A stretch of 64,000 bases of DNA from the human T2T-CHM13v2.0 reference genome, Homo sapiens. Positions within the stretch are counted from its first letter, which is position 1. Each line of letters starts with the position of its first letter. Below, piece after piece: positions 38,729 through 52,685 of this stretch. The position numbers were made by a program, and so were the translations under genes. The stretch lies in NCBI RefSeq assembly GCF_009914755.1, contig NC_060929.1; one strand, 5' to 3'. The notes beneath the pieces were generated by a model. That model was given only the letters and a program-made list of their open reading frames with translations, was not told the origin of the DNA and did not search any database.

Positions 38729-40831
38729 CGAAGTATATTGCTCGCTGCACCCAAAGAAGTTCACTGAAGTATTTATTATAGTGAAAAATGAAGAAGAGCT
38801 TAATGTTTACCAACATGGGAATATATAAATAAAACATAGTATATTCATTTCAAGGTATACACAAAGTGGCTAAAAGAACAAAGTACATCTATATGTATCA
38901 ATATAGATGAATCTCAGGGAATACTGTTGAATGAAGAAAGCATGTTATTGACAGATATTTACACTCTGATACTATTTACATAATAAAAACAAAATACGAT
39001 AAATTTTGGATGGGTACATACATATAAATATGTATAAAATTATTTGGAAGTATGACCACTACGAAAGTGTTTTCCACTAAGGAAGAGAAGAGAGGATTAG
39101 GAGGGAGACTGGTAGCTAAAAGGAACTTCAGTTTTATCTGTAGCATCATACAGGTTTTTACGGGACAATGTATTCATATATTATCAGTGCAATTACAAAT
39201 GTAATAATAAGGAAAGTGCACAATTTGGTGCCCCAAGAACCTGGGTTCAAATTTTAGCTCTGCCACTTATTTCCATATTTGGCCAAGGAATCAAATGTTC
39301 TGAAAAAGTATAGTGTAAGACTTAGGGAGGAGCTAAGGTCTGATGTGCAGGTGGGCACTGGGGACCCTTTGAAGGATATCAGTGGCTTAACTAGGGTGGG
39401 AAATAGCTAACATAAGATTATAAGTGCTTTAAAAGTAGAGATCATATTTTATTTATTTTTTTATCTTAACAATGATTAGCTTTTTACACAATAGGCTCAC
39501 AATACATATGGAGAGTTGCTAGAGAGACTTTAGGAGAATATATGAGTTCATGGGGAGGGTAGAAGGAGCTGAAGAAGCTGGTATGGACTACATTATTTAC
39601 CACCAAGACAGTAGCCATGAAGGGCAATGAGAAGGTGGCATTTTTGTGGAACTGACAGACTGAAGGAAGAGAGGTTTGTTTTGTTGCCTTAGTTACATTC
39701 CAAGTAGGCAGAATGTAGAAATGGCATGTCAAGTCTTGGAGTAGGGCAGAGGAGATGGGATGAGAGAAGTATATGTGCAGATGGTCGGGTTAAGAGAAGT
39801 AACATTTGCTTCTGATATGGGAGTGTAGGAAGAGAAGAACCATGAAGAGACAGTGGTGATGTGGATGACAGTGATGATCATGACAATGATGATGGTGTCA
39901 CTTTTTATGTTCCCTTGATCCTCAGAGAGTGCTACTTAGTTTCAAAAGATTTAGAGCTCCCCTGAGAATTTTTGAACTTTAAGTGAAGTAGGTCCACCAA
40001 CTCTTGACTGCACTGCATCCTGGAGATGAGGGGTGGAGGGTGGGAGGGAGAAAGGAGCACACTCTAACGCTTAGACTCCTCCTCTGTAACATCTAAGAAC
40101 AGCATTTGGGGCTTAGCTTCGTCAACAATATGAAAGAGATGCTATCTGCTCAGGGCAATAGTGTCACTGCTTATTCTGCAAAAACTATCAGCTGTGGGTG
40201 AAAAGTCAAATCCAAATTAGGGCCAAACCAGGGCAATTTTAGAGCTGTGAAAAACAGTACAAGAGCATGTGCCACACGGGATTGAAATGGGCATATTTGG
40301 ATGATATTATGTAGACAGGCAGGAAAAATAAAGGGGAAAGACTTTAGGTTTCATTTTATGAGTTTTTTTTTTTTTAACAGGAGGCACTTCACACAATGAT
40401 ATAAGTATAAAATGCAACCATGAGTTTATGGTATGAAAATTTAGTTCTATAGGAATACTTCATTATAGATTTAGTTTAAAAACCTCCAGTAAAACTGGTG
40501 AAATGATTCCTATCAAATTTAACTTTTCTCTAAACCCTACAAGTAGTTCATTGAAACGAGAACAGTGGTTCAAATCAGAGAGTATAGTCAATTTAAGTGG
40601 ATTGATGGGTTACTAGAGTCATGGGGGAAAACTCTCCTTTATGTACTGATTACACTACTCCTTTGAAAAGTGAATTTCCTTCCAAAAGATAAGGTTGCAA
40701 TATCCCTACCTGGAAATACCCAAATTATGAGTTCTCTCTGCTGAAAGGTAAAGGGGATGATGGGCAGGATAAACTTTCCCCAACTCATTTCAGCTTAAGC
40801 ATCTAGTCTGTATTCTTTTTTAGATCCACAG

Positions 40832-41366
40832 GTGCAAGGAATATTTGCTGCTGCCCACCAAATTATTCAATTTTCCTTTAAGAATCAGGCCATCCCGAAT
40901 TCTTAACTGTACTTAGGTGGTTGAAGCCATCCTCAACTCTGGGGTTAGGCCTTGATTGGCTAAAGCACACTTGTGTATTCCATCCACTTGGCCACAGTGG
41001 TGGGTGGGCATTTGACATAAGTCAACCCCACCCAAGTGACCCCGGGACTTTTGCTGGGAATGCTCAGAGGATTCTTTCTTTCTTCAGGATGGTACTTATG
41101 AGGTGTAAGGTCTAGAACTATTGTAGCCCTTTCTGCTACCATAAGGAAAGTCTGCCTGAGAATAACACCAATATATTGAGTAAGACAAAGTGGAAGGAAT
41201 TGGAGAAAAACAGAGCTGAAGCCTGAGAACTGTGAACTGTTGCTCCAAACCTTACATATAACTAGAACTACCTCTTAATTTCCATGAGCTAATAAACCTC
41301 CCTTCTTTGTTTAAATCAGTTGAGTTGCTGTTTTTACTAATTGCAACCAAAAGATTCCTGAAAATA
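40832..41366 (+). mobile_element. MLT1 (J/K-like) MaLR solo LTR
   Basis: tgattggctaaagc...ttggccacagtg...gggacttttgctggg...tctgcctgagaa...gagctaataaacctccc...ttgcaaccaaaagattcctg. Confidence 0.8.
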
Positions 41367-44300
41367 CTCCATTTAGTTAATGGTTTTAAAAATAAACATG
41401 GATAGAACACTGAACTACACTTTAGTCTTTGATGAAGAAGATAATAAACTATCTTTTGTATAAAGAAAATCTACTTTCTTACTATAATTGAAATTTTAAA
41501 ATATATTATTTGCTTAGACCCAAGCATCTCTTCATTATTTTTGGCACCCCGTAAAATTTATTCCATATGGAATCTGGAGAGGGATGTTTGAATTCTAAAT
41601 GAAGAGTCTCAACCATTACAAGCTGCATAAAACATAAGTAAAACATTTTTGCCAATTTTTTAAATTTGTATACCCTATTTTAGATCTGGGAATCTGACAC
41701 TAAAAATGGCCTCAGATTTAATGTTGATTTGTATTCAATGCCAACAATAAAAAAAAGAACCGTAGTTAATATGTCTTTGGTGTTTTTATTTTAGAGAACT
41801 GCTATTTCATAAGAACGTTTTCCCAGACTGGGTAAGGGCTGGGATAGGGGACTGGTTTATTCTTTATATGTGAAGAAAAATTTCCACCAATAGTCTGGAA
41901 AAAATACACAACAGTCTTCTTTTCTGCAAGAACTTATGAAAGTAATGAGATGTTTTCCCCTTAGCTTCTAAGAAATTTACAGTGAGCCACAATGTTCTTG
42001 CGTAATCTAGTCTTGGGACATATAATTTTAGAAGCTGAATGTACCTTTTTGCATGTAGAAGTAAAAGTAATTTTGGTACTTATAATAAATCAACAGCTAA
42101 ACAGGAGGATTGGGTTTGCTCTAGCCTCGTCTGCTGCCTTGTTCAACTGCTAGAACCAAATACCTTAATCCAAACTTGACTTCCCAAACATTTCATCGTT
42201 ATTGCTAGTTCCCGCTGTTCCCCCTGTCTGTGTTCAATCAGGCTGACATCTATTGGTTCAAAGAACTTTACACATCTGCCAGCAGACAAAGGATGCATGG
42301 TGCCGCATCTGTATGTTACCAGTAGGCACCTTGGACTTCTCTTCTTTTTGCAGATATTTTCTCTCACTGTATAAAGATTCATTTAATACTTTCTTTGCTC
42401 CAGACAATAGATTTTTCTTCTTCTGATGGGGCAGTCTAATAAGAATATAACCTGGTTGCTTAAAGATCTTCTGTGTAGCACAGACCTTACCTAAGCCACT
42501 GCTAGGCAGTGTACATGGTGCAGTAAACATAAAGTCCAGATCCCCAGTGTTATGTCCATATTTATTCAATAAAGACTAGGTGGTTTGGGACTACGATAAT
42601 CAATCCTTTGTTTTCACAAGGTTTTATGAAATGTAAGGCCATCTAAACATGGTTAAGGTCATGCTTTTAAAGTCTAAAACAAAATTTACAACAGAGGTTG
42701 GGAATGCTCTTTGTTGAGACTAAAATCACTGTAAGAACCCAACCTTATACACATTCTACTTGAGCATGGGGGTAGGGGAGGAGGGCTACCCCATGTACTC
42801 TAATGTCTTTTCTGACATTATAGTTTTCCTGAAAGCTGCATCACCTCCTGCTTAACTTTGTAAATACAGTCTCATGAGATAAAAATGAAACTAAATAAAG
42901 GTATTTGGAATATACAATTTCAGAAAAGGCTGTTCTTTCCTCAAAGATATTCAACAATAAATAGACATTATGTTTAATCATTTTAAATGAAGTCAAGTCT
43001 AAAATTTGCTATTTTTATTCCAGAGCACAGGCTATACAAATATATTTCTTCTTTCTTATATAAGAAAATAAACTTCTTAAATAAGCTGTCCTACTTCCCA
43101 TGGCTCCTGGGCATAAAATATGCTATTTAACTAAAGAATATTTTACTTCTTCCCTTTATCTTGTTCATCTTCCACAAAATAATGTACATAGTTCACCTTC
43201 AGAACAGACTGAATGAGAAAATGCCTCAAACATATGTGGTTAAAAATTTTTGTTTTCGGAATTAAAAATACTCAGAAGTAGAAACCGTTTTCTTAGTAAC
43301 ATGCTAAAAATTTAGTCTCTGAGTATGATCAAAGGTGTATCGCTAAGACATAGCAACTTTTGGTGAAGAATCCTACTTAGGATTTCCTATTTCATAGCCT
43401 GTCAGTATATTTCTATCCCTTCATAAAGACTTTTCAAAGAAACTAGTAAAAGTTCACTTTGTAAACCTTGAATATCTTTTACCCTGTTAACTTGCAAATA
43501 TTAATAGATTACTACCACCGCCACTACTATTACAATTACAGCTACTATTACTGGCTGCTGACAGCAACTGTTAACTTGCTAGAAGAGAGCAAATGGGGTG
43601 GGAGAAGCCTTCTTTATTTTTCTATTCTAATTTCTAAGATTACTGAGGGTTTAAAATGATCTTGTGAGGATGCTGGTAAAACCACAGCTGAAAATCCAGA
43701 GAATGAGCATTCTATAAAACCTAAGAATGAAATAATATCAAAAGCTTTACAAAGCTGTGGGCTTTTTTTTTAAAGAAGGTGAAAGATGAAAGAAAAACCT
43801 GCACAAGTAGCATACCAAGAAACAGATGGTCTTTTTAAAAAATGAACCAAGAGTGTGCCTTCCACAAGTCTGCTTCTTAATTGTAGCATACTGAGCACTT
43901 TCATGCAGATGATTTCAATTGCTAAGCACAGAACCGAATAAACAGGGTTAGCTCATTGACACTAAATGACATAGTGTACTTGGAGCTCATCTACTATTTA
44001 GTCTGTAAACACCTGATATGCAAAATTGTATGAAGAAACTAGTGCCAAGACGGTTTAAGATTAACCAATGTTCAGTGAAGATTTAAAAGCTTGGCTTTCA
44101 TTTTGCTAAAGATGCTCCCTTTCATATTTAATCAATGAACCAGTTCCGTTTTAAGTGCTTGATTTAGAATTTATGATTTTGTTTCTTTTTGGCTTATTCC
44201 AAAATGAGTTAAAGAAAGCTTAAAACTAGGAGAAGAAAAAGGAAAAAACAAACTCAATAACTTACATGAGTTAAGCAGCAATACAATTTCACAAGAAAAT

Positions 44301-45601
44301 TTCAGAAAGAAGTAGATTATTGAATTTACCTTCCACTGGGCAGACTGAGAAATAATGGTTTAAATGTTTATTACAGAATCAGGACAGAATCATTGAAACG
44401 TTAATAACAATCCTCAGTGAAGGTCTCCTTCTACCTTCCACATTTTTGGCTTGCCATGCCATGTCCCCTCATTCCTTGCTGAGGAAGACTTTTGGTGAGC
44501 ATCCAGGCAGATCTACTCACCCTCAGGAATGCAGGCAGCTCCCTCAGCTCCCATGTGGCAGAAGACCCAGAGCAATGGGGGCCTGCTGTGAAGAGAGGCT
44601 GAGCTCCCTGGAGGCTGTGGGGCTGGGGCGGCCCTTATGGTGGCAAAACCAGAAGTGATTCAGAGTCTGCACACAACTGCTCTCCAACTTCCTTGGACAG
44701 TCGTAACCCAGTCAAGGGTAACTTTAAGGGCTGGCTGGGAACTGGCAAATCTAGGGTTGCTGAGATTACATTACTCAAATGTACAGAGAGTTTTTAAAAA
44801 GAATCTTGATCAGTATCTTCTGAATAATTTGGGTACTATCCAAACAGCTTTTTCATAGACAGAAAACTTGAGTAGCTTGTATAAACTCTTAGTTTACTAT
44901 TATTTTACTAATCAGGGTAGCCAAACAATTTCTGAATACTAAAATATGGAACAAGAATATGGATAAGTTTGCATTCACATACCTATATTACTGCTTTCTA
45001 TATACATAAACACATGTTGAAATATTTATATATATCAATATCAGTATCTGTATTTGAAATAGTTACCTTACTGATAAATCTCTGTAAATGACATAAATAA
45101 AATCCTAGTGTTCCACTGAATTATGATAGACAGTGCTTTCATGAGACTTTAAGCTCCTCAAAGACAAGAAATGTGTCATATTCTGTTGTTGATTCCCAAT
45201 GCTTAGCCTTGCTGCTTTGCTGAGTAACTACACCACCAGCTTTTGCTCAGCCCTCTTCTGGATTTTGTAGATCCAGGGAAGCCATGCATGAGCTCTTGCT
45301 TTCATTATATTTTAATCTTAACCCTCTCTTGGCTTGCATTGCTAGTGGACTATACTTTGTGGGAGAGGCTGTGTGATGAACCTGGGTGTCTGGCAAATAA
45401 ATTCTCAAGCAGTATCTCTATTTTGTTACACCATAGTAAAACTTTGTTTACTTTACAAAAAATATTACCAGTATCATGTTCTTTTTAAAGACAGATAAAC
45501 AGATTACGCACTGAGTCAAAAAAAGAAAAAAAATTGCAGGGTCCTGACTAACTAAAGATTGGATTCCTTATCTTGGCTACATAATAAATAATTGGGATGA
45601 C

Positions 45602-46370
45602 AACACTGGCATCATCTTGACTCTCATTTGCTCTTACACCCATATTTGATCCATTAGCATGTCCTGTTGGCTCCGCTTTCCATCGATCCAGGATCCAACA
45701 GCTTCTCCCCAATTCCTTTGCTCCCACTTGGGTCCAAGCCTGGATTACTGATGGATCGCAACAGCTTCCTGACAGGTACCTCTCCTTTGTCTCCAGAAGA
45801 TCTACTCTCATGAACAGCCAAAGTGATCCTCTTAAAGTGTATCAGCTCAGGTCCCTCCTCTGCTCACAGTGGGTTCTCACCTCACTGAGGGTAAGGCCAT
45901 AAAGGCTTTTTACACGCTCCAGTGTCTTTTACCTCCAGATCTCAACTCTACTGCTCTCGCTCTTGCTCACTCCACTCCAGCTACACTGCTCTCATCCCTG
46001 TTCCACCAACAAATGAATCATCCTCCTGTCCCATCCCCCAGATATGCTCTATCCTCCCATCCCCAAATCTTCATGGCTCATACTCTCTCGTCTTTCAGAT
46101 CTTTCTTACAGAGTCCTCTTCTCAATGAGGTCTTTCCTGACTACCCTTGTTAAAATGCCACTTGCACCCATTCTCCATTATCCTCCCTGCCCTGCATCAT
46201 TTTTCTCCAGATCACTTACCAACTGATTGTATTTACAGCATTTACTGACACTAGAATGCAAGTCCCAAAAGGGCAAGAATTTTTGCTTTTCTTCAGCGCT
46301 TTATTTCCAGCAACTAGGACAATTCCTGGGGTATAGTACTCACTAAATACAGAATAAATGAATTGAATGA
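45602..46370 (+). mobile_element. L2a 3' region
   Basis: catcatcttgactc...cagccaaagtgatcctcttaaa...cactccagctacactg...ctagaatgcaagtccc...aataaatgaattgaatga. Confidence 0.88.
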
Positions 46371-46599
46371 TGACTATATAGTGCAACCAAGCAACCTTCT
46401 AAGATCTAGTTTTATGCCACAGTTGCAAAATGCATACTTAAAACTTAAGCAAAACAGCAAAGTTATTCAGTGTTGTCACTCCTCTTCAGCAATTAGACAT
46501 TTCAAATGCCATATTAGTATGTTTTTGAGAAATCTGCAAACTGAGAACCAAAGTGACAGGGCCAATCACATTCATATTGAAACTGTGGATGTGAATCTT

Positions 46600-46806
<207 letters not shown>

Positions 46807-49800
46807 ATGTGAATCTTAGTATAGGAATTCCGAATCTTAGTAGCACACTGCCTTTGTCATTTAATCAGCAAAATTATGGTGGCCAGAAAGAGTTAATACA
46901 ATTTCTAGGTAGACATGAATTATCAGAAGGGATTGCAACAACCTAACTCAATATGAATCTGAGAATATTTCTTAGGTGGTCAACTTCAAGGGATAATGAA
47001 GAGATGTCTGTAATATGAATAAATCCACACCCCAAATTCATAAGTGAACTTTTGAGAAAATTGAATGACTTCTGTATAGCACCTTTTATAAATCTAGCAG
47101 AAGCCAAATTTACATCAATGTCAAAGGCAGAGTGAATCCTTCTCCAGGAAGTACCTAATCCTGCAATAAACCTGTTGAACAGACAGGTTTAATGTTCACC
47201 AAGGCTAAGTGTTTAAGAGGTCTCCACGGTATAATTTGTCACCACTACAAGTTTCTGCTTTGCCTTAAAAGCCGTGAAAATTGCTCCACAATCTCACTAG
47301 GAACTAAGTTGCTCATGTCAGGACCATGGTTTACAATGCATTTCTGTTTTCATAGAACTTCCTTGTTTATGGCTTGTTGAAAAAAAATACATACTATTAT
47401 ATACATTATAAAAGCCACAGAACATAGATAGCTGCATGAAAATTCAAAGGGTAAATGATTTAAAAACTAACATTGTTTGACTATAATAAATTGAGTAAAA
47501 AATAACATTGTATTGTTCATCTAACAAGGCACAACAGTTTGAATAGAAGGTTTCAGATTTAAATGGGAATGGGGGAGCTGGTCATTGAATTTTTATTTCC
47601 AACCAGTGGAAAAGTTAATTATTTACACACTAGCAGCTCAATGACTATAATGTAGTCCCTGAGGCTTCTTCAGAAATTCTGTAAAGTTAAACAGCTGCCA
47701 CCTTCATTTAGTGTGCCAAATATGATGCAAGGGCAGTGGCTGTGTGCATATATCCCATACATTCCATATATTTGCATGTAAAGTATTAAGAAATCAGTAA
47801 TGCAAAACTGAGTATCAATGAGCCGCTTTAGTAGATTTTCCATAGCTGAAGGCAATGACATTGAGAAGCAGGAAACAGTATGGCAAAGCACAGGGCATAG
47901 ATGGTGGCATGGCATAGAGGAAGGGGCTGGTCGTAAAAAGGAATGTAGAAAATGGAGACAACAAGGCAACATTTTCTTACTTACTGTTAAACCAACTCCA
48001 CATACAACTTGAAGAGTTAAATCCAAGCCAGCTGTCATGATGGCTGCTGGAAACCAGGAAGGGGCAGCAAGAGCTGCCCAAGGTGAACAGTCCAACACTT
48101 GGGCTTCCCCTTGGGAAGCTCTTGCTCTGAGCACTGCTGGCTGCTCCTCCCTCTGTCTAGAAAGCCAGGGAAGGTACAGTCACATAACCCAAACCTGGTT
48201 TGACCCAGGTTTACTGAATCCTGATTCCATTTCAATGACTATTCAGCACTTGCTGAATATAAAGCTCACATTTTCTCTGCGCACATGGGTGGGGCAGTAT
48301 TGCTGGGAGCCAGCAGACTGAAACGTGGATACCAAAGCTAATGGCAGAGACCTGGGTATCACCTGACAGATTCTGAACAATGATGCCTGCTGCTGGCTTC
48401 CCTACACAAGTACTAAGCGATGTTGGGAAAGACAGAGAGAGGCCAATAAGACCTGCTTTTTCCCTTAGCGTATGGAACATTTCATTTCCAAAATGGATTA
48501 AGCTCAGACAGAAATACCACGAGGCATGCAGAATCTCTGAAAGCGGATGGTTTGCAATGTGTGCTCTAATGCTGTGGGCACTAGAGTCACTAATATGTAT
48601 GAAAGTCTATGGGACTATTTCTTCATGTAATACATTACAATGTCTGAAAAATCAATGTCCTAGGGCACAGAAGGATGAATACAGAGCTTTTCAATTATCT
48701 TTTTTATTTTTTCCTAAAAATACTGCTCCCTTCAAACAGATTCAAAAGACAACATGAGATTGTTTTCATTTTGGTAAAGATGATGTTGAGTCTATGCAAG
48801 GATCTTAACTGGCTCAATCCCAGTGGGTAATGGCCCACTGGGCAGAAGACTGTATAGACCTTGAAAACATAATAGGTTAAAAAACCCTCCATGGAAGCTC
48901 CATGAATAAGAATGAGATATCTTCAGCAATTGACTATCAGTGTAGCTGCACCCAATTTCTTAAGATTGACGCTGTCTTTGTTTTTTAAACCAACATCTTC
49001 TGTCAGTAAGTCTGTAGATCATAAATTGTTTTAAAATAAAATTTCCTGTCACACTCACATCTTGGGAAATAAAACAGAAGGAATCCTAAAGCCCGGCTAC
49101 TTCATATTCAGTCAAATAAGAAACCAGAGTGAGGTTAATATAACAGGCAGAAACCTAACTTTCAATCTCAATTACCCAAAAGGCACAGGGTCATCTGCCA
49201 CCTTCAAAGAAACAGGCCTACATATAAATGATGTGGTATAAAGAATAAGCTCAGAGACCTCTCAACTTCTTGCGGGGCAGGAATGAATACTGTAGTGGGT
49301 CATAAAGCATTACAATTTTTTCTTTCATTCTGTGTTTTGGAACAGGTGTTTCTGTCTAGTGCCTAAAGCACTTCCTACCAGTGTTAATAAGGTGTGCAGA
49401 GAAAGCTTGTCAGACTTGTTATAGTGGCAAAGCCCTTTTTGAAAATCAAATTTTTCATGAAAGGCTAATAAATAATAGAGTCAAAAGTAGAATGACTCTG
49501 TAGCAATGGGCATGCCAGTATGTTGTGGGGAGGAGGAGAAGGAAAAAACAAGGCAGGAATTGAAATATTGAAATAGTACTGGGCCATGGAAGGTGCTCAA
49601 TAAATATTTGTTAAAGGAATAAATGACCTGTCATTTCAGGAAAGCACAAACTGGGTTGCTCTGATGACCCCTGGTGTGCTTGCCTCCAATACACTCTGCC
49701 TGTCCTTTCCTCTGGTGGCCTGTTATGGCGTTTTCATCCTTTCCCAGTCTTGGTAAATAGGCCCTGGTAACTAGGGAATGGCTGCGATATAGGCCCTAAG

Positions 49801-50144
49801 AAAATAGGGTTTCTTTGAGCCTCCTAGGTCTTGGCCAATTCATGTAGTCTTAACTCCTAAATACTTCCCAAATACAGTTCCACAGCTGCCTGGCACAATG
49901 GCCAAGAGCATCTTCTCCTGTCCATCTTCTCAAGCCCTGCACTTAGTGCTCCTTTTCAGAAAACCCATGGTCAATGGCTCAGCATTCTACTCCTGAAAAG
50001 CTGCTCCTTTTTAAAGCTTATATTATTGCTGTAGTAAAATGAAATGCACTTTTAAGCTAGAAAGGGTCAATATTGTTCCCTAAAACACTAGGGTACTTGA
50101 TATGCTACATTCATTTTCAAGGGCACAGGATTCTTAACACCCAC

Positions 50145-50448
50145 TCTTTCATTGATTCATTCAACACAAATTTATTGAGTGCCCACACTGTGGGAGGCAC
50201 TGTCCTTGACACTGGCATATTACGAACAAGCCAGACAATTCTTTTCCTCCAAAGTGGTAATATGCTAATGGAGGGTGTCAGACAAACATACAAACAGATG
50301 AAGGAACAAGAACTTCAGGGAGTGATGAGTGTGCTGAAGACAACTAAACTGGATGAAGTGATGGCAATGTGGGGCTAGGAGAGGGGGCTACTATTTTAGA
50401 TCCAGTAACCAGAGAAGTTCTGCCTAAAGAAGTGGCATATGAGCTTAG
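50145..50448 (-). mobile_element. L2 3' fragment
   Basis: cattgattcattcaacacaaatttattgagtgcccacactgtgggaggcactgt. Confidence 0.8.
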
Positions 50449-50450
50449 TG

Positions 50451-50572
50451 TTTTTTTTTTTTTTTTTTTTTTTAAGATATGGGGTCTTACTTTGTTGCCC
50501 AGGCTAGACTTGAACTCCTGGGCTCAGCCTTCTAAATACCTGGGACTACAGGGGTGAGCCACTACGCCCGAC
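50451..50572 (-). mobile_element. Free Alu monomer (FLAM-like) with T23 tract
   Basis: T run, then ggggtcttactttgttgcccaggct...aactcctgggctca...gggactacagg...gagccactacgcccg. Confidence 0.85.
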
Positions 50573-51768
50573 TTTGCAAGACTTGTCTTCTGAGAGCGTT
50601 CCTTTCAGACCTTAGCTTGCAGCCTTCACCAAGAAATACCAAAAATATGAAGGAAGTACATAAAAGATCACTTTATTTGTCTGCATTAATGTGGTTTAGG
50701 TTCCATTAAAAATTAAGCTTCATGGCAGAGAGCCATATACATTTCTAACTGGGTACAAGGAGTCTTATTAGAAAATATTTATTACATGTAACTGGGTAGA
50801 ATACTCCAGATGGTATCTAGGCATTTGCATAGAACTTCATGTCAAATTAATCATCATTAATGAAGGTTTAGATTATTCAGAATAAGATGGGTTAAAAAAA
50901 TGGTAAATAAGTGGTCAGGCCAGTACTAATCTTCTATAAAACTTTAAAGAAGACAAGGTTTGGCTTTGAGGCTGCCCTAGTCTCCATCTAGAATTCTCTT
51001 TTTGTCATATTCACTATCAATGTACCCAGCATCTTTATACTCTACAGTTCAGCAATTCTGGACTTAACCAGGCAATTGTGAGGATCTGCCCTAAGAAGAA
51101 TCTTAGGAACCTTCCTTTTAACCTGAAAGCAATTTCACCAGATGATCTGTTTTAAATTGAGTAAACCATCCATCACGAAATTCTCGAGACCAGTTTAAGA
51201 ATTCAATAAAATTTCTTGTGCCTAATAACACTTGCTCAGCTGCAGAGGCAAACTAAGAAGCTAATATGTGAAATAGAGCAATTCTGAAATCTTTGCATTT
51301 TCTCATTTGTGTTATGGTATAATGCAATGAAAGAATTGCTTTTGACCCTGTCAAGTGGAACCTCAAGGACAAAGATTTTTATCATTTTCTTTTCCTGGAA
51401 AATTGATGTAAAGATTTGATTTACTTTGGAGTCTCCAAGTGCTTCAGCAACTAAAAAAACAGATTGATTTTTCATATAGATGTGATGTAATTAAGTTCTA
51501 ATTTGATGAAAGAGCTGATCAAATAGTGGTGGCCATTCTGAAATGTTCCTCAGTGCCAAACAATTACCTGTAATGGTTCTTGAAAGAAAAACTCCCAAGT
51601 ATATTTATTTTCTATAACACATGTGTTGTGTTTCCATACTGTTTTCATCTCTATTCTAAAAAGAGAATTATAAACCCAATGTTTGCACAGTTATACTTCT
51701 CTTATGATTCTATGTATTTTGATCTTGCCACATCCTGCTTTATGTTGTAGTTTTTGGGTGAAGATCTA

Positions 51769-52248
51769 TGTAGCAGATGCTATCATTGCCCTCCCATATT
51801 CCTTCAACGATCACTGTTTGTGAAAAGGCCAATGGCTTCCTGTTGCACGTACCTGTCTGTGACTTTGTTGACAGCACGTTTTGGCCCCACAGCATGCCTG
51901 GATTGAATATGGTGCTGGCTAGAAATGCCACAGAATTATCTGCCCAAGAGCAGCCCCTGGCCAATGACAGAAAGGCAATGGCTAATAAATATCCCAGTTT
52001 CTTTTTCCTTTGGGTAGACAATCCTGAGGTGTGCTTTGCTTCTTGCAGAAACCCCCAAGCGGGAATGAGCGCCAGTTGTCCACAGTAGTAATGTGTTCAT
52101 TAATGTACTCTCTAATGGCTATTATTTTTCTGACTCTTCCTTCATCCCCATTCCCCTACCAGTATGTCCTGAGATAACCTCTTAAATAAACTACATACAT
52201 TCAAATCCTTGCCTCAGAGTCTACTTTAGGGAATTACAAACTAAAGTA
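51769..52248 (+). mobile_element. LTR16-family (ERVL) solo LTR
   Basis: Starts tgtagcagatgct; gagcagcccctggccaatgac; ends aaataaactacatacattcaaatccttgcctcagagtctactttagggaa...ctaaag. TSD-like atcta / atcaa. Confidence 0.82.
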
Positions 52249-52379
52249 ATCAATATCTTAATATGCAAACAGACTACTAATACTAAAAGAAGGGTTTCAT
52301 GCTTTCACAGACTTTTTTGCATTTCTTGTAACACCTAATGCAATGTTTTTGCACATAAATTGTGGCATTGATAAACAAA

Positions 52380-52685
52380 GCATCTAACATCGACTGAGCA
52401 CTTTCTCTACACAATGCACTGTGCCAAACTTTATATCCTATTGACTCCATCAACAGCCTTATAAGGTAGATAGTACTGAAGGCACAGACTTTATTTAGTT
52501 CATTGCTAAGCCCTAGCTCCTAGAAAAGTACCTAAACATATCAGGCACTCACTAAATATGTTGCATAAATCCAATTTTACAGATGATGTAATAGTGACTT
52601 AAAAAGGTAAGTAACTTGCTGATGGTTCTGCAGCTGTAACTGGGAGAGCTGACTCCAGAGCTGAAGGTCTTAACCCTATACTATT
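52380..52685 (-). mobile_element. MIR split by a short L2 tail (about 52478-52570, + strand)
   Basis: actgagcac...aacagccttataaggtagatag [gaaggcacagact...cctagctcctagaaaagtacct...cactcactaaatatgttg] aattttacagatga...aagtaacttgc. Confidence 0.65.

Larger units (their letters stand above)
36945..39210 (+). mobile_element. Ancient L1 (L1ME-class): ORF2 3' half and 3' UTR, with two MIRs nested
   Basis: ggcataaaaattggaaag...taggaataaacctaacaaaa...attcaatgtaatccc...ggaaatgcaaattaaaa...ctcatactgctg...gatgaatctc. Confidence 0.85.

Noticed and set aside
47670-48757. Cluster of overlapping 60-154 aa ORFs
   Set aside because: No domain similarity, no consistent splice signals, and present on both strands. 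Attributed to slightly higher GC.
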